Positions 18,942 to 29,231 of a stretch of 64,000 nt of DNA are shown here, in pieces. A model generated the notes under the pieces. The model had not been told where the DNA came from. It ran no database searches and saw only the letters and a program-made list of their open reading frames with translations. How positions within the stretch are numbered: position 1 is the first letter of the stretch; each line of letters starts with the position of its first letter. Where the stretch lies: the NCBI GenBank assembly GCA_020851795.1, contig JADZCA010000029.1, forward strand, positions 49,271-113,270, read 5' to 3'. The position numbers and the translations under genes are program-made. The stretch comes from Planctomycetota bacterium (GTDB lineage Bacteria; Planctomycetota; PLA2; JAEUHO01).

Positions 18942-19930
18942 TTCGGCGCGAGCCAGGCGACCCACCACTTCGCGAGCGCGATCAGCGGCTCGATGGCCGA
19001 GACCTTGCGGTAGGCGTCCCAGTCGAGGTCGAGGAAGCCGCCGAGCCAGAGCACGCGCGTCGGCGTGCCCGAGGAGGCGACGACGGCCGGCATGCCACGG
19101 TCGCCCGCCGCGACCTCGACGAGCACCGAGGCGCCGGGCGCCGGACCGGTGACGACCGGCACGAACGGGGTCTTCCACGCCCCCTCGCCCTCGGTGCGGC
19201 GCTTCCAGAGCTTCTCGCTCCAGCCCGTGTAGGGCACGAGCCGCGTCGTCGGGTGCTTGGTGCCTTCGGCGGTGATGCGGAACGGTCGCGCCGGCGAGAG
19301 CACGCCGGGCACCGGCCCGCCGGGTGCGTCGGGCTTGAGCGGCCTGACGCCGGCGACCGGAGCGACGGATGCGAGGCTCGGCTGCGTGGCGAGCGCGTGC
19401 GCGTGGAGGTGGTCGGGCACGAAGAGCAGCCCCATGCGCCCGCTCTGCACGCGCTCGACGGTGCGCGACCACAGGTCGGCGGGGAGGCTCGCGGGATCGA
19501 GCCCGGCGAGGACGAGCACGTCGGTCGCGTCGAGGTCGGCGGCCTCGGGCGCGCGCTCGAGCGGCGCGACGCCCTCGGTCGCACGCGGCGCGCCATCGGG
19601 CAGCGGCATCGCGTACCACGAGCGCCACTCGACGTTGTCCATGTTGCCCCACGTCTGCTGCAGCCACACGACGAAGGGCGCCACCCGATCGCCCAGCACG
19701 AGCACGCGCACGAGCTTCTCGAGCACCGGCGTGTCGGGCTTGGGCTCGGCGAGCGGCTCGACCGCCGCGAGGTCGGTGGACGAGACGGTCGGCGCTGCGG
19801 GCGGCGGCGTGGGCGTCCCGGGCGTGGTGCCGGGCTCGACGGCTGGCGTCGGCTGGAACACGCCGAGGAACCAGAGGGCCACCGCGAGGGTCGCGAGGAA
19901 CGGTCCGACGATCAGGAGGACGCGCTTCAT
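18938..19930 (-). CDS. Membrane-anchored hypothetical protein (330 aa) with Pro/Thr linker and a putative class-I amidotransferase/ThuA-like domain
   Basis: Real start 'MKRVLLIVGPFLATLAVALWFLGVF' (TM anchor), then 'TTPGTPTPPPAAPT' linker, then 'VRVLVLGDR...ATDVLVLAGLDPASLPADLWSRTVERVQSGRMGLLFVPDH'. It is the C-terminal part of a 1637-aa shadow ORF whose remainder is antisense to plus-strand genes. Confidence 0.55.
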   Translation of the reverse strand: MKRVLLIVGPFLATLAVALWFLGVFQPTPAVEPGTTPGTPTPPPAAPTVSSTDLAAVEPLAEPKPDTPVLEKLVRVLVLGDRVAPFVVWLQQTWGNMDNVEWRSWYAMPLPDGAPRATEGVAPLERAPEAADLDATDVLVLAGLDPASLPADLWSRTVERVQSGRMGLLFVPDHLHAHALATQPSLASVAPVAGVRPLKPDAPGGPVPGVLSPARPFRITAEGTKHPTTRLVPYTGWSEKLWKRRTEGEGAWKTPFVPVVTGPAPGASVLVEVAAGDRGMPAVVASSGTPTRVLWLGGFLDLDWDAYRKVSAIEPLIALAKWWVAWLAPK

Positions 19931-20056
19931 GGAGAGGCGACGGTACCCGGAGCCGTTGGGAGCGCCAGCACCCCCCGGGCTGACCGACCAGGGACCGGGG
20001 GGAGTGCATCGGGGCGGGCCTGACGTTCTCATGGGCGTCGCCGTCGAGGAGGTCCC

Positions 20057-21298
20057 ATGGGCCGTCGTCTCGTGCTGCTCGCGTCGCTCTCGTTCACCGG
20101 GGGTCTCCCCGCGCTCGCCGACGTCGTCACGACCAGGGACGGGCTCGTCCTCGAGGGCACCGTCGAGCGCACCCCCGACGGCGGCGTGCGCGTGCGCACC
20201 GACGACGGCGACGTGCAGCTCTCCGCCGACGCGGTCGCGTCGGTCGCGCCGGGCGACGGCCCCCGCACCGAGGCCCGGCGCAGCCTCGCCACGCTGCCCG
20301 CGTCGGACGTGACCGGGCGCTACCGCGTGGCGGTGGCCGCGCAGGCCCGCGGCCTCGACGACGTCGCGCGCGACGCCTACGCCTCCGTCCTCGCGGCCGA
20401 GCCCGACCACCCCGCGGCGCGCCGCGCCCTCGGCTACGAGCGCGTGGACGGCCGGTGGATGACGACGGCGCAGGCCCGTGCGGCCGGCGGGCTCGTGCTC
20501 TACGAAGGCCGGTGGATGCTCCCGACCGAGGTGGACCTCGCGCTGCGCGGGCGGCGTCGGCAGGTCACCGTGCGGGCGACCGACCTCGTCACCGCGGCCA
20601 AGACCGCCGCGACGGGCGCCCCGGCGCTCGCCGCCGCCGCGGAGCGCAAGGTGCTCGCGGCCCCGCGCGGGGAGCGGCTCGAGACCGCGACGGGTCTCCT
20701 CGTCCACTCCGACGCGAAGGTGCGGACCTGGGCGGCGCGCGAGCTCGGGCGGCTCGTCGACGAGAGCGCGATGCGCCCGCTCTTCGCCGTCGCGGCCCGC
20801 GACCGCGACGAGGGCGTGCGTCACGCGGCGGTCGCGGCGCTGGCCGCCTACGGGCGCGACGACGTGGCGCTGCCCTTCGTGCGCGCGCTGTGGTCGGAGC
20901 ACCCGTCGGTGACCGCGCACGCCGCGCAGGCGCTCGCCTGGCTCGGCGACCCGCGCGCGGTCGTCTACGTCGTCAAGCGTGTCACGAGCCACGGCGGCTC
21001 GCCGCGCGCGAACTTCTCGACGATGTCGCAGCGTGCCTACGTGCAGGACTTCGACGTCGAGGTCGCGCAGACCTCCTACATCGCCGACCCGCAGATCGGC
21101 GTCGTCCAGGAGGGCGCCGTGCAGGACGTGCAGGTGCTCGACGCCTCGATCGAGACGACGTGGGTCGAGACCGTGCTCGTGCGCAGCGTCGCCTCGCTCG
21201 CCAAGGTCGAGCTCGCCGACCGCGCGGGGCTCGCCGCGTGGTGGAAGGAGAACGAGGCCCGCTTCCCCGGGTTCCCCCCCGTCGCCGCCCACCGCTAG
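20057..21298 (+). CDS. Secreted HEAT-repeat (PBS-lyase-like) protein
   Basis: Signal peptide 'RRLVLLASLSFTGGLPALA'. HEAT-like units 'AKVRTWAARELGRLVDESAMRPLFAVAARDRDEGVRHAAVAALAAYGRDD...HPSVTAHAAQALAWLGDPRAV'. Confidence 0.6.
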   Translation: MGRRLVLLASLSFTGGLPALADVVTTRDGLVLEGTVERTPDGGVRVRTDDGDVQLSADAVASVAPGDGPRTEARRSLATLPASDVTGRYRVAVAAQARGLDDVARDAYASVLAAEPDHPAARRALGYERVDGRWMTTAQARAAGGLVLYEGRWMLPTEVDLALRGRRRQVTVRATDLVTAAKTAATGAPALAAAAERKVLAAPRGERLETATGLLVHSDAKVRTWAARELGRLVDESAMRPLFAVAARDRDEGVRHAAVAALAAYGRDDVALPFVRALWSEHPSVTAHAAQALAWLGDPRAVVYVVKRVTSHGGSPRANFSTMSQRAYVQDFDVEVAQTSYIADPQIGVVQEGAVQDVQVLDASIETTWVETVLVRSVASLAKVELADRAGLAAWWKENEARFPGFPPVAAHR

Positions 21299-21778
21299 AT
21301 TGCGTCGCGCGCTGCGTTGAGGAGGGTGCGCCCGCGCTCGCTGAGGCCCGGGCCCCTCGGTCGCCCCGCGCTGCGCCGGCTCGCGCGGTGCGTGACGGGA
21401 CCCCGATCGTGTCTCGTCACCCCTCGGGGAATGCGGTCGTCGGGGCGCAGCGCCCCTCCGACCCTCCTCTCCGGCTCTCGCGCGCTGCGCTGGCTCGCGC
21501 GCTCGTGCCCGGCCCGACGGGCCGGGCACCGCCTCCGTAAGGTCGCAGACTCCTCGTCGTCGGGCCGCGGCTCGGCGTACGGCGGTGCGAGTACGCGGTC
21601 GCCGCGGCCGCTCCCGCGGGCCTGAGCGAATCGCGGGCGGCGCGAGAGGGTCACCCCCCGCGTCGAATTCGAACCCAAAGCGTCGAACGCACGTCAGGCC
21701 CCGGTCGGGGCTCGCGGATCCGACCCGCGCGGCCGGACGGCGGTCGGGGGCCCGCGGGACGGCCCGTACGATGACGGG

Positions 21779-23821
21779 ATGCCCGCCGCGTTCCTGCCGA
21801 CCACCGCCGACGAGATCCGCGCGCTCGGCTGGGAGCGCCCCGACGTCGTCCTCGTGTCCGGCGACGCGTACGTGGACCACCCGTCGTTCGCGGCGGCGGT
21901 GATCGGCCGCGTGCTCGAGGCGCGCGGGTGGAAGGTCGCCGTGCTCCCGCAGCCCGACTGGCGCAGCGCCGACGCGTGGCGCGCGCTCGGGCGGCCCCGG
22001 CTCTTCTGGGCCGTGAGCGCCGGGAACATGGACTCGATGATCAACCACTACACGGCGAACCGGAAGCGCCGCAACGACGACGCGTACTCGCCCGGCGGCC
22101 GCATCGGGCTGCGCCCGGACCGCCCCACCGCGATCTACGCGCAGCGGTGCCGCGAGGCGTTCCCGGGCGTGCCGGTGGTGCTCGGCGGCGTCGAGGCGTC
22201 GCTGCGCCGCATCGCGCACTTCGACTACTGGAGCGAGACCGTCCGGCCGTCGATGCTGGTCTCGAGCAAGGCCGACCTGCTCGTCTACGGCATGGGCGAG
22301 AAGCCGGTCGTCGAGATCGCACGGCGCCTCGACGCGGGCGAGCCGGTGACGGCGCTGCGCGACCTGCGCGGCGTCGCCTACCTGCTCGGGCGCACCGAGG
22401 CGCTCGCCGAGCACCGCTTCCCCGGCGCGAGCAACGACCCGCGCACCGTCGAGCTGCCCTCGCTCGAGGAGGTCTCCTCCGACCCGCGCGCGTTCGCGCG
22501 GATGACCGCGCTGCACCACCACGAGACGAGCCCGCTCAACGCGCGCCGCGTCGTGCAGCGCCACGGCGACCGGCTCCTCGTGCAGAACCCGCCGACCCTC
22601 CCGCTCACCGAGGCGGAGATGGACGCGGTGTACGACCTCCCCTACGCGCGCCGCCCGCACCCGCGCTACGCCGAGCCCGTGCCCGCGTTCGAGATGATCA
22701 AGGACTCTGTGACGATCATGCGCGGGTGCTTCGGCGGCTGCACGTTCTGCAGCATCACGATGCACCAGGGGCGCATCATCCAGAGCCGCAGCCCCGAGTC
22801 GGTGGTGCGCGAGGTCGAGCGCATCGCGAAGGACCCGGCGTTCCGCGGCACGATCAGCGACGTCGGCGGGCCGACGGCGAACATGTACCGCATGCGCTGC
22901 ACGAAGCCCGAGGTCGAGGCCAAGTGCCGGCGCCTCTCGTGCATCCACCCCGTCGTGTGCCCGCTGCTCGGGACCGACCACGGGCCCACGGTGGACCTGC
23001 TGCGCCGCACGCGCGCGGTGCCGGGCGTCAAGCGCGTGCACGTCGCCTCCGGCATCCGCATGGACCTCGCGGCGAAGGACGACGCCTACCTCGACGAGCT
23101 CGTGCGCCACCACGTCGGCGGCCACCTCAAGGTCGCGCCCGAGCACGTCAGCGACACCGTGCTCGAGAAGATGAAGAAGCCGCCGCAGGCGACCTTCGAG
23201 ACGTTCTCGGAGCGCTTCGCCGCGGCGAGCCGCCGCGCGGGCCGCGAGCAGTACCTCGTCCCCTACTTCATCGCCGGCCACCCGGGCTCGGGGGTCGCCG
23301 AGATGATCGAGCTCGCCGAGTTCCTGCGCCGCACCGGCTACCGTCCGCGGCAGGTGCAGGACTTCATCCCCGCGCCGATGGACATCGCGACGTGCATGTG
23401 GCACACGGGCCTCGACCCGTTCACGATGGAGCCCGTCACGTCGGCCAAGCGCCTGCGCGACCGCGTCGTGCAGCGCGCGCTGATGCAGTTCTTCGACCCC
23501 AAGCACTGGTTCACCGTGCGGCGCGCCTTGCTCGACGCAGGCCGCGGCGACCTGATCGGCGACGGGCCGCGCTGCCTGATCCCGTCGCACCCGCCCCCCG
23601 AGGCGCTCGAGGCGCGTCGTGCCGCGGCCGAGGCGGCGGCGCGCCGCGGGACGGCCGCGGAGGCGCGGGCACGGCTCGAGGGCGACGCCGACGAGGACCC
23701 GACGGGGGGCGAGGACGGCGGCGACGAGACCTACGTCCACGCGCAGGACGCGGGCACGTCCCCCACCGTCGGCTACCGTCCGGGTCGGCCCGGCGCCCGC
23801 CGCCGTCGCCCCGGCCGCTGA
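21779..23821 (+). CDS. ygiQ: YgiQ-family radical SAM protein (UPF0313)
   Basis: N-terminal '[39 protein letters not shown]' and radical-SAM core '[20 protein letters not shown]' are characteristic of YgiQ. Low-complexity C-terminal tail. Confidence 0.9.
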   Translation: MPAAFLPTTADEIRALGWERPDVVLVSGDAYVDHPSFAAAVIGRVLEARGWKVAVLPQPDWRSADAWRALGRPRLFWAVSAGNMDSMINHYTANRKRRNDDAYSPGGRIGLRPDRPTAIYAQRCREAFPGVPVVLGGVEASLRRIAHFDYWSETVRPSMLVSSKADLLVYGMGEKPVVEIARRLDAGEPVTALRDLRGVAYLLGRTEALAEHRFPGASNDPRTVELPSLEEVSSDPRAFARMTALHHHETSPLNARRVVQRHGDRLLVQNPPTLPLTEAEMDAVYDLPYARRPHPRYAEPVPAFEMIKDSVTIMRGCFGGCTFCSITMHQGRIIQSRSPESVVREVERIAKDPAFRGTISDVGGPTANMYRMRCTKPEVEAKCRRLSCIHPVVCPLLGTDHGPTVDLLRRTRAVPGVKRVHVASGIRMDLAAKDDAYLDELVRHHVGGHLKVAPEHVSDTVLEKMKKPPQATFETFSERFAAASRRAGREQYLVPYFIAGHPGSGVAEMIELAEFLRRTGYRPRQVQDFIPAPMDIATCMWHTGLDPFTMEPVTSAKRLRDRVVQRALMQFFDPKHWFTVRRALLDAGRGDLIGDGPRCLIPSHPPPEALEARRAAAEAAARRGTAAEARARLEGDADEDPTGGEDGGDETYVHAQDAGTSPTVGYRPGRPGARRRRPGR

Positions 23822-23916
23822 CGCACGCCGGACGGCAGGCCACGCCTCCACCCGGGCGGGCCGTGGGCGCTCCGGTTGTGCTTGCAGGCGCTGGGGGCCG
23901 GGCGTAGCAGGGAGGC

Positions 23917-26640
23917 ATGGCCGTCGCGCACCCCGCGTGGCACGCCCTCCCCGCCGCGGAGGCGGCGTCGCGCCTCGGGGTCCCGCCGGCCGTCGGGCTC
24001 TCGACGGCCGAGGCCTCGCTGCGGGCCGCGCGCCACGGGCCCAACGCGCTCCCCGAGCCCCGGTCGCGCTCGCGGGTCGCGATCTTCCTCGCGCAGGTGC
24101 GCAGCCCGCTCATCTACCTGCTGCTGGTCGCCGCCGCGGTGGCGGCCGCGATGGACGAGACGACCGACGCCGTCGTCATCGTCGCCGTGGTGCTCCTCAA
24201 CGCCGCCGTCGGTGCGTTCCAGGAGGGTCGCGCCGAGCGCAGCCTCGCGGCGCTGCGCCGGCTGGTCGTCGTGCGCACGCGCGTGCGGCGCGACGGCGCC
24301 GAGCGCGAGCTCGACGCGCGCGAGCTGGTCCCGGGCGACGTCCTCGTGCTCTCCACCGGCGACCGCGTGGGCGCCGACGCGCGCCTGCTCGAGGCCGAGG
24401 GCCTGCGCGCCGCCGAGGCCGCGCTGACCGGCGAGTCGCAGCCGGTGGACAAGGACCCCGCGCCGCTGCCCGAGACGACCGACCTCGCCGAGCGCCGCAA
24501 CATGGCCTACGCGGGGACGCACGTCACCGCCGGCCGCGGCACCGCGCTCGTGGTCGCCACGGGGCTCGGGACCGAGCTGGGCCGCATCGCCGCCTTGACC
24601 GCGGCGGCGGAGGAGCCGCCCACGCCGCTGGCGCGCCGCATCGACCGATTCAGCCGCTTCCTCCTCGTCGTCGCCGCGGTGCTGCTCGCCGTCGTGGTCG
24701 GCGGCGGCCTGCTGCGCGGGGTCGCGCTCGGCGACATCGTGCTCGTCGGCATCAGCCAGGTCGTCTCGCTGGTGCCCGAGGGGCTGCCCGTCGCGCTCAC
24801 GATCGCGCTCGCGGTCGGCGTGCGGCGCATGAGCCTGCGCGGCGCGATCGTGCGGCGCCTCTCCGCGGTCGAGACGCTGGGCTCGGTGACGACGATCTGC
24901 ACCGACAAGACCGGCACGCTGACGCGCAACGAGATGACGGTGGTCGAGGTGCGCCGGCCCGGCGCGGCGACCGTGGCGGTCGAGGGCCGCGGGTACGCGC
25001 CCGAGGGTCGCTTCGTCGTGGACGGCGCGCCGACGGACCCGCTCGCCGACGCCGACCTGCGCGCGCTGCTCGAGGCGTTCGCGCTGTGCAACGACGCGGT
25101 GCTCTCGCGCGATCCCGACGACCCGGCGCGCTGGCACGCGGTGGGCGACCCCACCGAGGCCGCCCTCGTCACGCTCGCCGAGAAGGCGGGGCTCGACGTG
25201 GCTGCGCTGCGCCGCGCCCGCCCGCGCACGGCCGAGGTGGCCTTCGACTCGACGACGCGGCGCATGGCGACGGCGCACGCGGGCGACGGCGGGCCCTGCG
25301 TGGTCGTCAAGGGCGCCCCCGACGCGGTGCTCGCGCTGTGCGGCGCGCTCCGCCGCGACGGTCGCGACGCGCCGCTCGACGACGCGGCTGCCCGCGACGT
25401 CCTCGCCGCGGTGGACGCGATGGCCGCGCGCGCGCTGCGCGTGCTCGCCGTCGCGCGCGTCGCCGACGCGACGCTCGCCGGTGGCGTCGCGCCGCTGCGG
25501 GGCCGCGGCGTGCTGCTCGGGCTCGTCGGCCAGATCGACCCGCCGCGCGCCGAGGTCGCGGCCGCGGTCGCCGAGTGCCGCACGGCGCGCGTGCGCCCGG
25601 TCATGGTGACCGGCGACCAGCTGGCGACGGGCGTCGCGGTCGCGCGCGAGATCGGGCTCGTGGACGGCCACGCGACCGCGCGGACGGGCGCCGACCTCGA
25701 CGCCGCGGGCCCCGCGGGGCTGGCCGCGGAGACGGCGCGCGTCGGCGTGTGGGCCCGCGTGCGGCCCGAGCAGAAGCTCCGCATCGTCGAGGCGCTGCAG
25801 GCGCGCGGCGAGGTCGTCGCGATGACCGGCGACGGCGTCAACGACGCCCCGGCGCTCGCGCGCGCCGACGTCGGCGTCGCGATGGGCCTCTCGGGGACCG
25901 AGGCGGCGCGCGAGGCGAGCAAGGTCGTCGTGACCGACGACAACTTCGCGACGATCGTCGCGGCCGTGCGCGAGGGGCGCATCGTCGGGCGCAACCTCCG
26001 CAAGGCGATCCTGCTGCAGCTCTCGACCTCGGTGGCCGAGGTGCTGATCCTGCTCGGCGCGCTGTTCCTGGGCTTCCCCGTGCCCTTCACGGCCGCGCAG
26101 ATCCTGTGGAACAACGTCGTGACCGAGACGGTCATCACGGTGAACCTCGTGCTCGAGCCCGCCGAGGGCGACGAGATGCGGACGGCCCCGCCGCCCGTGG
26201 ACGAGCCGCTGCTCCCCGGCTTCTCGCTGCTCCGGGCCGCGCTGATGGCGCTGGTGATCGCCGGGTCGGTGCTCGGCTTCTACGCGTGGCACCTCTCGCG
26301 CGACCTCCCCTTCGCGCAGACGCAGACCGCGACGTTCACGGTGCTCGCGGTGTGCGAGTGGGCCAACGTCCTCAACGTGCGCTCCGCGCGGCGCTCGGGC
26401 CTCGACCGCTCGATCTTCCTCAACCCGTGGCTCGTCGGCGGGCTCGTGGTCGCCAACCTCCTGCAGGCGGCGGTGGTCTTCGTGCCGGCGCTCAACGCCG
26501 TGTTCCGCACGACGCCGATCCCGTGGGGCGAGGTCGTCGCGATCGGGCTGGCGGGCAGCGTGGTCCTGTGGGTCGAGGAGGCCCGCAAGGCGGGCGCGCG
26601 GTGGCGGGACCGCCGGGCCGCGACGGGAGGTGCGACGTGA
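23917..26640 (+). CDS. P-type cation-transporting ATPase (type II, Ca2+/Mg2+-like)
   Basis: 'ICTDKTGTLTRNEM' phosphorylation motif, 'MTGDGVNDAPALARADVGVAMG' hinge motif, N-terminal Cation_ATPase_N-like segment; 907 aa. Confidence 0.9.
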   Translation: MAVAHPAWHALPAAEAASRLGVPPAVGLSTAEASLRAARHGPNALPEPRSRSRVAIFLAQVRSPLIYLLLVAAAVAAAMDETTDAVVIVAVVLLNAAVGAFQEGRAERSLAALRRLVVVRTRVRRDGAERELDARELVPGDVLVLSTGDRVGADARLLEAEGLRAAEAALTGESQPVDKDPAPLPETTDLAERRNMAYAGTHVTAGRGTALVVATGLGTELGRIAALTAAAEEPPTPLARRIDRFSRFLLVVAAVLLAVVVGGGLLRGVALGDIVLVGISQVVSLVPEGLPVALTIALAVGVRRMSLRGAIVRRLSAVETLGSVTTICTDKTGTLTRNEMTVVEVRRPGAATVAVEGRGYAPEGRFVVDGAPTDPLADADLRALLEAFALCNDAVLSRDPDDPARWHAVGDPTEAALVTLAEKAGLDVAALRRARPRTAEVAFDSTTRRMATAHAGDGGPCVVVKGAPDAVLALCGALRRDGRDAPLDDAAARDVLAAVDAMAARALRVLAVARVADATLAGGVAPLRGRGVLLGLVGQIDPPRAEVAAAVAECRTARVRPVMVTGDQLATGVAVAREIGLVDGHATARTGADLDAAGPAGLAAETARVGVWARVRPEQKLRIVEALQARGEVVAMTGDGVNDAPALARADVGVAMGLSGTEAAREASKVVVTDDNFATIVAAVREGRIVGRNLRKAILLQLSTSVAEVLILLGALFLGFPVPFTAAQILWNNVVTETVITVNLVLEPAEGDEMRTAPPPVDEPLLPGFSLLRAALMALVIAGSVLGFYAWHLSRDLPFAQTQTATFTVLAVCEWANVLNVRSARRSGLDRSIFLNPWLVGGLVVANLLQAAVVFVPALNAVFRTTPIPWGEVVAIGLAGSVVLWVEEARKAGARWRDRRAATGGAT

Positions 26641-27473
26641 CCGAAGGCCACGACGGACCGCGGCTCGACGCGCTGACGCCGCCGGAGATGGCCGAGCGCG
26701 CCGAAGCGGTGGGCGTCGCCAAGGCCTCGCTCCCGACGAGCACGACGTTCGTGCTCGCGGTGCTCGCGGGCGCCTTCATCGCGCTCGGCGGGATGTTCTC
26801 GCAGGCCGTCGCGGCGGGCGGGCCGGGCTCGCTGCCGTGGGGCGTGTGGCGGCTCGTCGTCGGGACGGCGTTCTCCCTCGGGCTCGTGCTCGTCGTGGTG
26901 GGCGGGGCCGAGCTCTTCACGGGCAACGTCCTGCTCGTGATGGCGTGGTCGTCGGGCCGGCTGCGGGCGGGGGCGGTGCTGCGCAACTGGGCGGTGGTCC
27001 TCCTCGGGAACGCGGTCGGGGCGCTGGGCACGGCGGCCCTCGCCGTCGCGGCGGGGCACCACCGCCTCGGCGCGGGCGCCGTGGGCGCGGCGGCGCTCGC
27101 GGCCGCGGAGGCGAAGTGCGACCTCCCCTTCGTGCGCGCGTTCGCGCTCGGGGTGCTCTGCAACACCCTCGTGTGCCTCGCGGTGTGGCTCAACATGAGC
27201 GCACGCACGGCGGCGGACCGCGTGCTCGTGACGATCCCGCCGATCGCCGCCTTCGTCACGTGCGGCTTCGAGCACAGCGTCGCCAACCTCTACCTCGTGC
27301 CGGTGGCGCTCCTCGCGCGCGACGTCGGCGGCCTCGACGCCGCCGCCGCCCCGCACCTCGCGTGGGACCGCTTCCTCGTGGGCAACCTCCTCCCCGTGAC
27401 GCTGGGCAACGTCGTCGGGGGCGCGGTGCTCGTGGGCGCCGTCTACGCGTTCGTCTACCTCCGACGCCGCTGA
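26637..27473 (+). CDS. Formate/nitrite transporter (FNT family) channel, GTG start overlapping ATPase stop (GTGA)
   Basis: 'FVLAVLAGAFIALGGMFS...GAELFTGNVLL...LLGNAVGALG...CGFEHSVANLYLVP' are FocA/NirC-type motifs. Listed in the track as the tail of a 1284-aa shadow ORF. Confidence 0.8.
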   Translation: MTEGHDGPRLDALTPPEMAERAEAVGVAKASLPTSTTFVLAVLAGAFIALGGMFSQAVAAGGPGSLPWGVWRLVVGTAFSLGLVLVVVGGAELFTGNVLLVMAWSSGRLRAGAVLRNWAVVLLGNAVGALGTAALAVAAGHHRLGAGAVGAAALAAAEAKCDLPFVRAFALGVLCNTLVCLAVWLNMSARTAADRVLVTIPPIAAFVTCGFEHSVANLYLVPVALLARDVGGLDAAAAPHLAWDRFLVGNLLPVTLGNVVGGAVLVGAVYAFVYLRRR

Positions 27474-27669
27474 ACGTCCGGCGCCGACGAGCCGCCGGAC
27501 GTCCCCGGCCGGCGCCCGGCCCGCCCGCGGCGGGCCGGGCCCCCTTCGTCCCCGAAGGCGGTCGGCTCGGTCACCCGCACAGGCGGCGCCCGCCGCGCGC
27601 TCTTTCGCGGACCCGGAACGCTCGCGCGCGGGAGCGTGCTCGTGCCGACGAGGCCTGCGGCGGTCGTCG

Positions 27670-28641
27670 CTATCCCTTCCACCACTCGACGCCGGCGGCG
27701 GAGACGGCCTTCCCCGCCTCGAGCAGCGCGCGGCGACGCTCGGGGTCGAGCGGCTTGGCTTCCGCCGCGACCCGCGCGGCGACGTCGACCTCCTCGGGCG
27801 TGGCGCAGCCGACCGCCGCGGTGGAGATGTCGAGGCCGTAGGCGAAGCGCAGGCAGTCCTCCGCCGGGAGCGCCGAGGGGCCCGCCAGCGCGCGTCCGGC
27901 GGCGAACACCTTCATCGCCACGCGCGCCACGCCCGCCGTGACGGCCGCGGGCAGCGTGCCGTCCACGAAGGACTGCTTGTGCACGTCCACCGGGCTCAGC
28001 GGCATGAGGATCGAGTCCCACGACCAGCGCTCGAGCGCGGCCTTCATCACGGCCGGGTCGCGGTGGCCCGTGACGCCCACGAAGCGCACGAGCCCCTCCT
28101 CCTTCGCGCGCAGGATCGCCGCGAGCGGGCCCCGGTCGGAGAGGATGCGGTCGAGCTCGGCGGCGTCGCGCACGCAGTGAACCTGCAGCAGGTCCACGTG
28201 GTCGGTCTTCAGGCGCGTCAGGCTCTGCTCGAGCTCGCGCCGCGCCGCGGTGCCGTCGCGCTCGAGCGTCTTCGTCGCGAGGAAGACGCGGTCGCGGCGG
28301 CCGGCGAGCGCGAGCCCGACGCGCCGCTCCGAGAGCCCGCGGACGTAGGAGGGCGCGGTGTCGAAGTACGTGCAGCCGCGCTCGAGGGCGCGCGCGACGA
28401 TGGCGACGCCGGCGTCGTCGTCGGCCGCCGCACCGACGTAGAAGCAGCCGAGCCCGAACACCGTCACCGTGCGCCCCGTGCGCCCGAACGGGCGCGTGGG
28501 CAGCGCGGGGGCGGGCGCCGGCGCAGGATCGGCGCGCAAGACCCGCGGCACCGCGAACGACGCCCCGACGCCGACGGCGGCCGACAGGACGTTCCGACGC
28601 GTGATCGCCGCGTCAGGGCGGGCGGGCGTGGGGTCGGGCAC
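27670..28641 (-). CDS. Aldo/keto reductase with twin-arginine (Tat) signal peptide
   Basis: 'ITRRNVLSAAVGVGASFAVP' Tat motif. 'TYFDTAPSYVRGLSERRVGLAL...DRVFLATK...DHVDLLQVHC' are AKR catalytic motifs. Confidence 0.85.
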   Translation of the reverse strand: MPDPTPARPDAAITRRNVLSAAVGVGASFAVPRVLRADPAPAPAPALPTRPFGRTGRTVTVFGLGCFYVGAAADDDAGVAIVARALERGCTYFDTAPSYVRGLSERRVGLALAGRRDRVFLATKTLERDGTAARRELEQSLTRLKTDHVDLLQVHCVRDAAELDRILSDRGPLAAILRAKEEGLVRFVGVTGHRDPAVMKAALERWSWDSILMPLSPVDVHKQSFVDGTLPAAVTAGVARVAMKVFAAGRALAGPSALPAEDCLRFAYGLDISTAAVGCATPEEVDVAARVAAEAKPLDPERRRALLEAGKAVSAAGVEWWKG

Positions 28642-28908
28642 GGGCGGCCTCGCGCAGGGAGGCTCGCAGCCTACCGGGCCGGAAGGCCCCGACCGCGCGC
28701 GCGCTCCGGATCGAGCCGCGTCCCGTCACGCCCGGGCCGAAGACGCCGCCCCGACCTCGTCGGCTCGTGAACTCGGCGGGCTAGGCCCGCGTCGCGTACG
28801 CACGGCCGTCCGGTCCGCAGCGCCGCTCGCGACACAAGCCCCCGCGCGGAGCCCCGACGAGGGACCGGGCCTAGGGGCCGAGCCTGGGGCCGAGACGAGG
28901 GGCCGAGA

Positions 28909-29034
28909 CTAGGGAAACGTGCCGTGGAGACGGCGGCGACGGTTGACGATCTTGCGCCCGTTCTTGGTCTTCATGCGAGCGCGGAAGCCGACGCGGCGGC
29001 GCTTCGTCTTCGAGTTGCGGACGTGGAGCCTCAT
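28909..29034 (-). CDS. rpmH: 50S ribosomal protein L34
   Basis: 'MRLHVRNSKTKRRRVGFRARMKTKNGRKIVNRRRRLHGTFP' matches the L34 core HGFRARM.TKNGR.V...RR.KGR. 41 aa. The C-terminus is atypical and no rnpA follows. Confidence 0.7.
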   Translation of the reverse strand: MRLHVRNSKTKRRRVGFRARMKTKNGRKIVNRRRRLHGTFP

Positions 29035-29231
29035 CGGCGGAATCTCCGGCCTCCCCCGAAGGGGAGCCCGGTGATGTTCGGGGGCGAGGGGCGGACCGTC
29101 AAGGCGGGGCACGGCCCCTCGCGCCCACCCACCCGACACGAACAACCTCGGAACGGCGGGCCGGTCCCGCGGCGAGCGCGCGGCGCGGGGCCCGGGCCCG
29201 GCGTCGACCGGGGCACCGGTGGATCCGTACG

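Noticed and set aside
21655-21700. Possible tRNA T-arm (TTCGAAT/TTCGAACC) at the TCGAATTCGA palindrome
   Set aside because: The flanking bases do not form a 5-bp T-stem or an acceptor stem on either strand. It is better explained as a self-complementary palindrome.
19931-23851. Upstream 1300 codons of the 1637-aa minus-strand ORF 18938..23851
   Set aside because: Only the last 330 codons (from MKRVLLIVGP...) look like protein. The rest is antisense to ygiQ and the HEAT-repeat gene.
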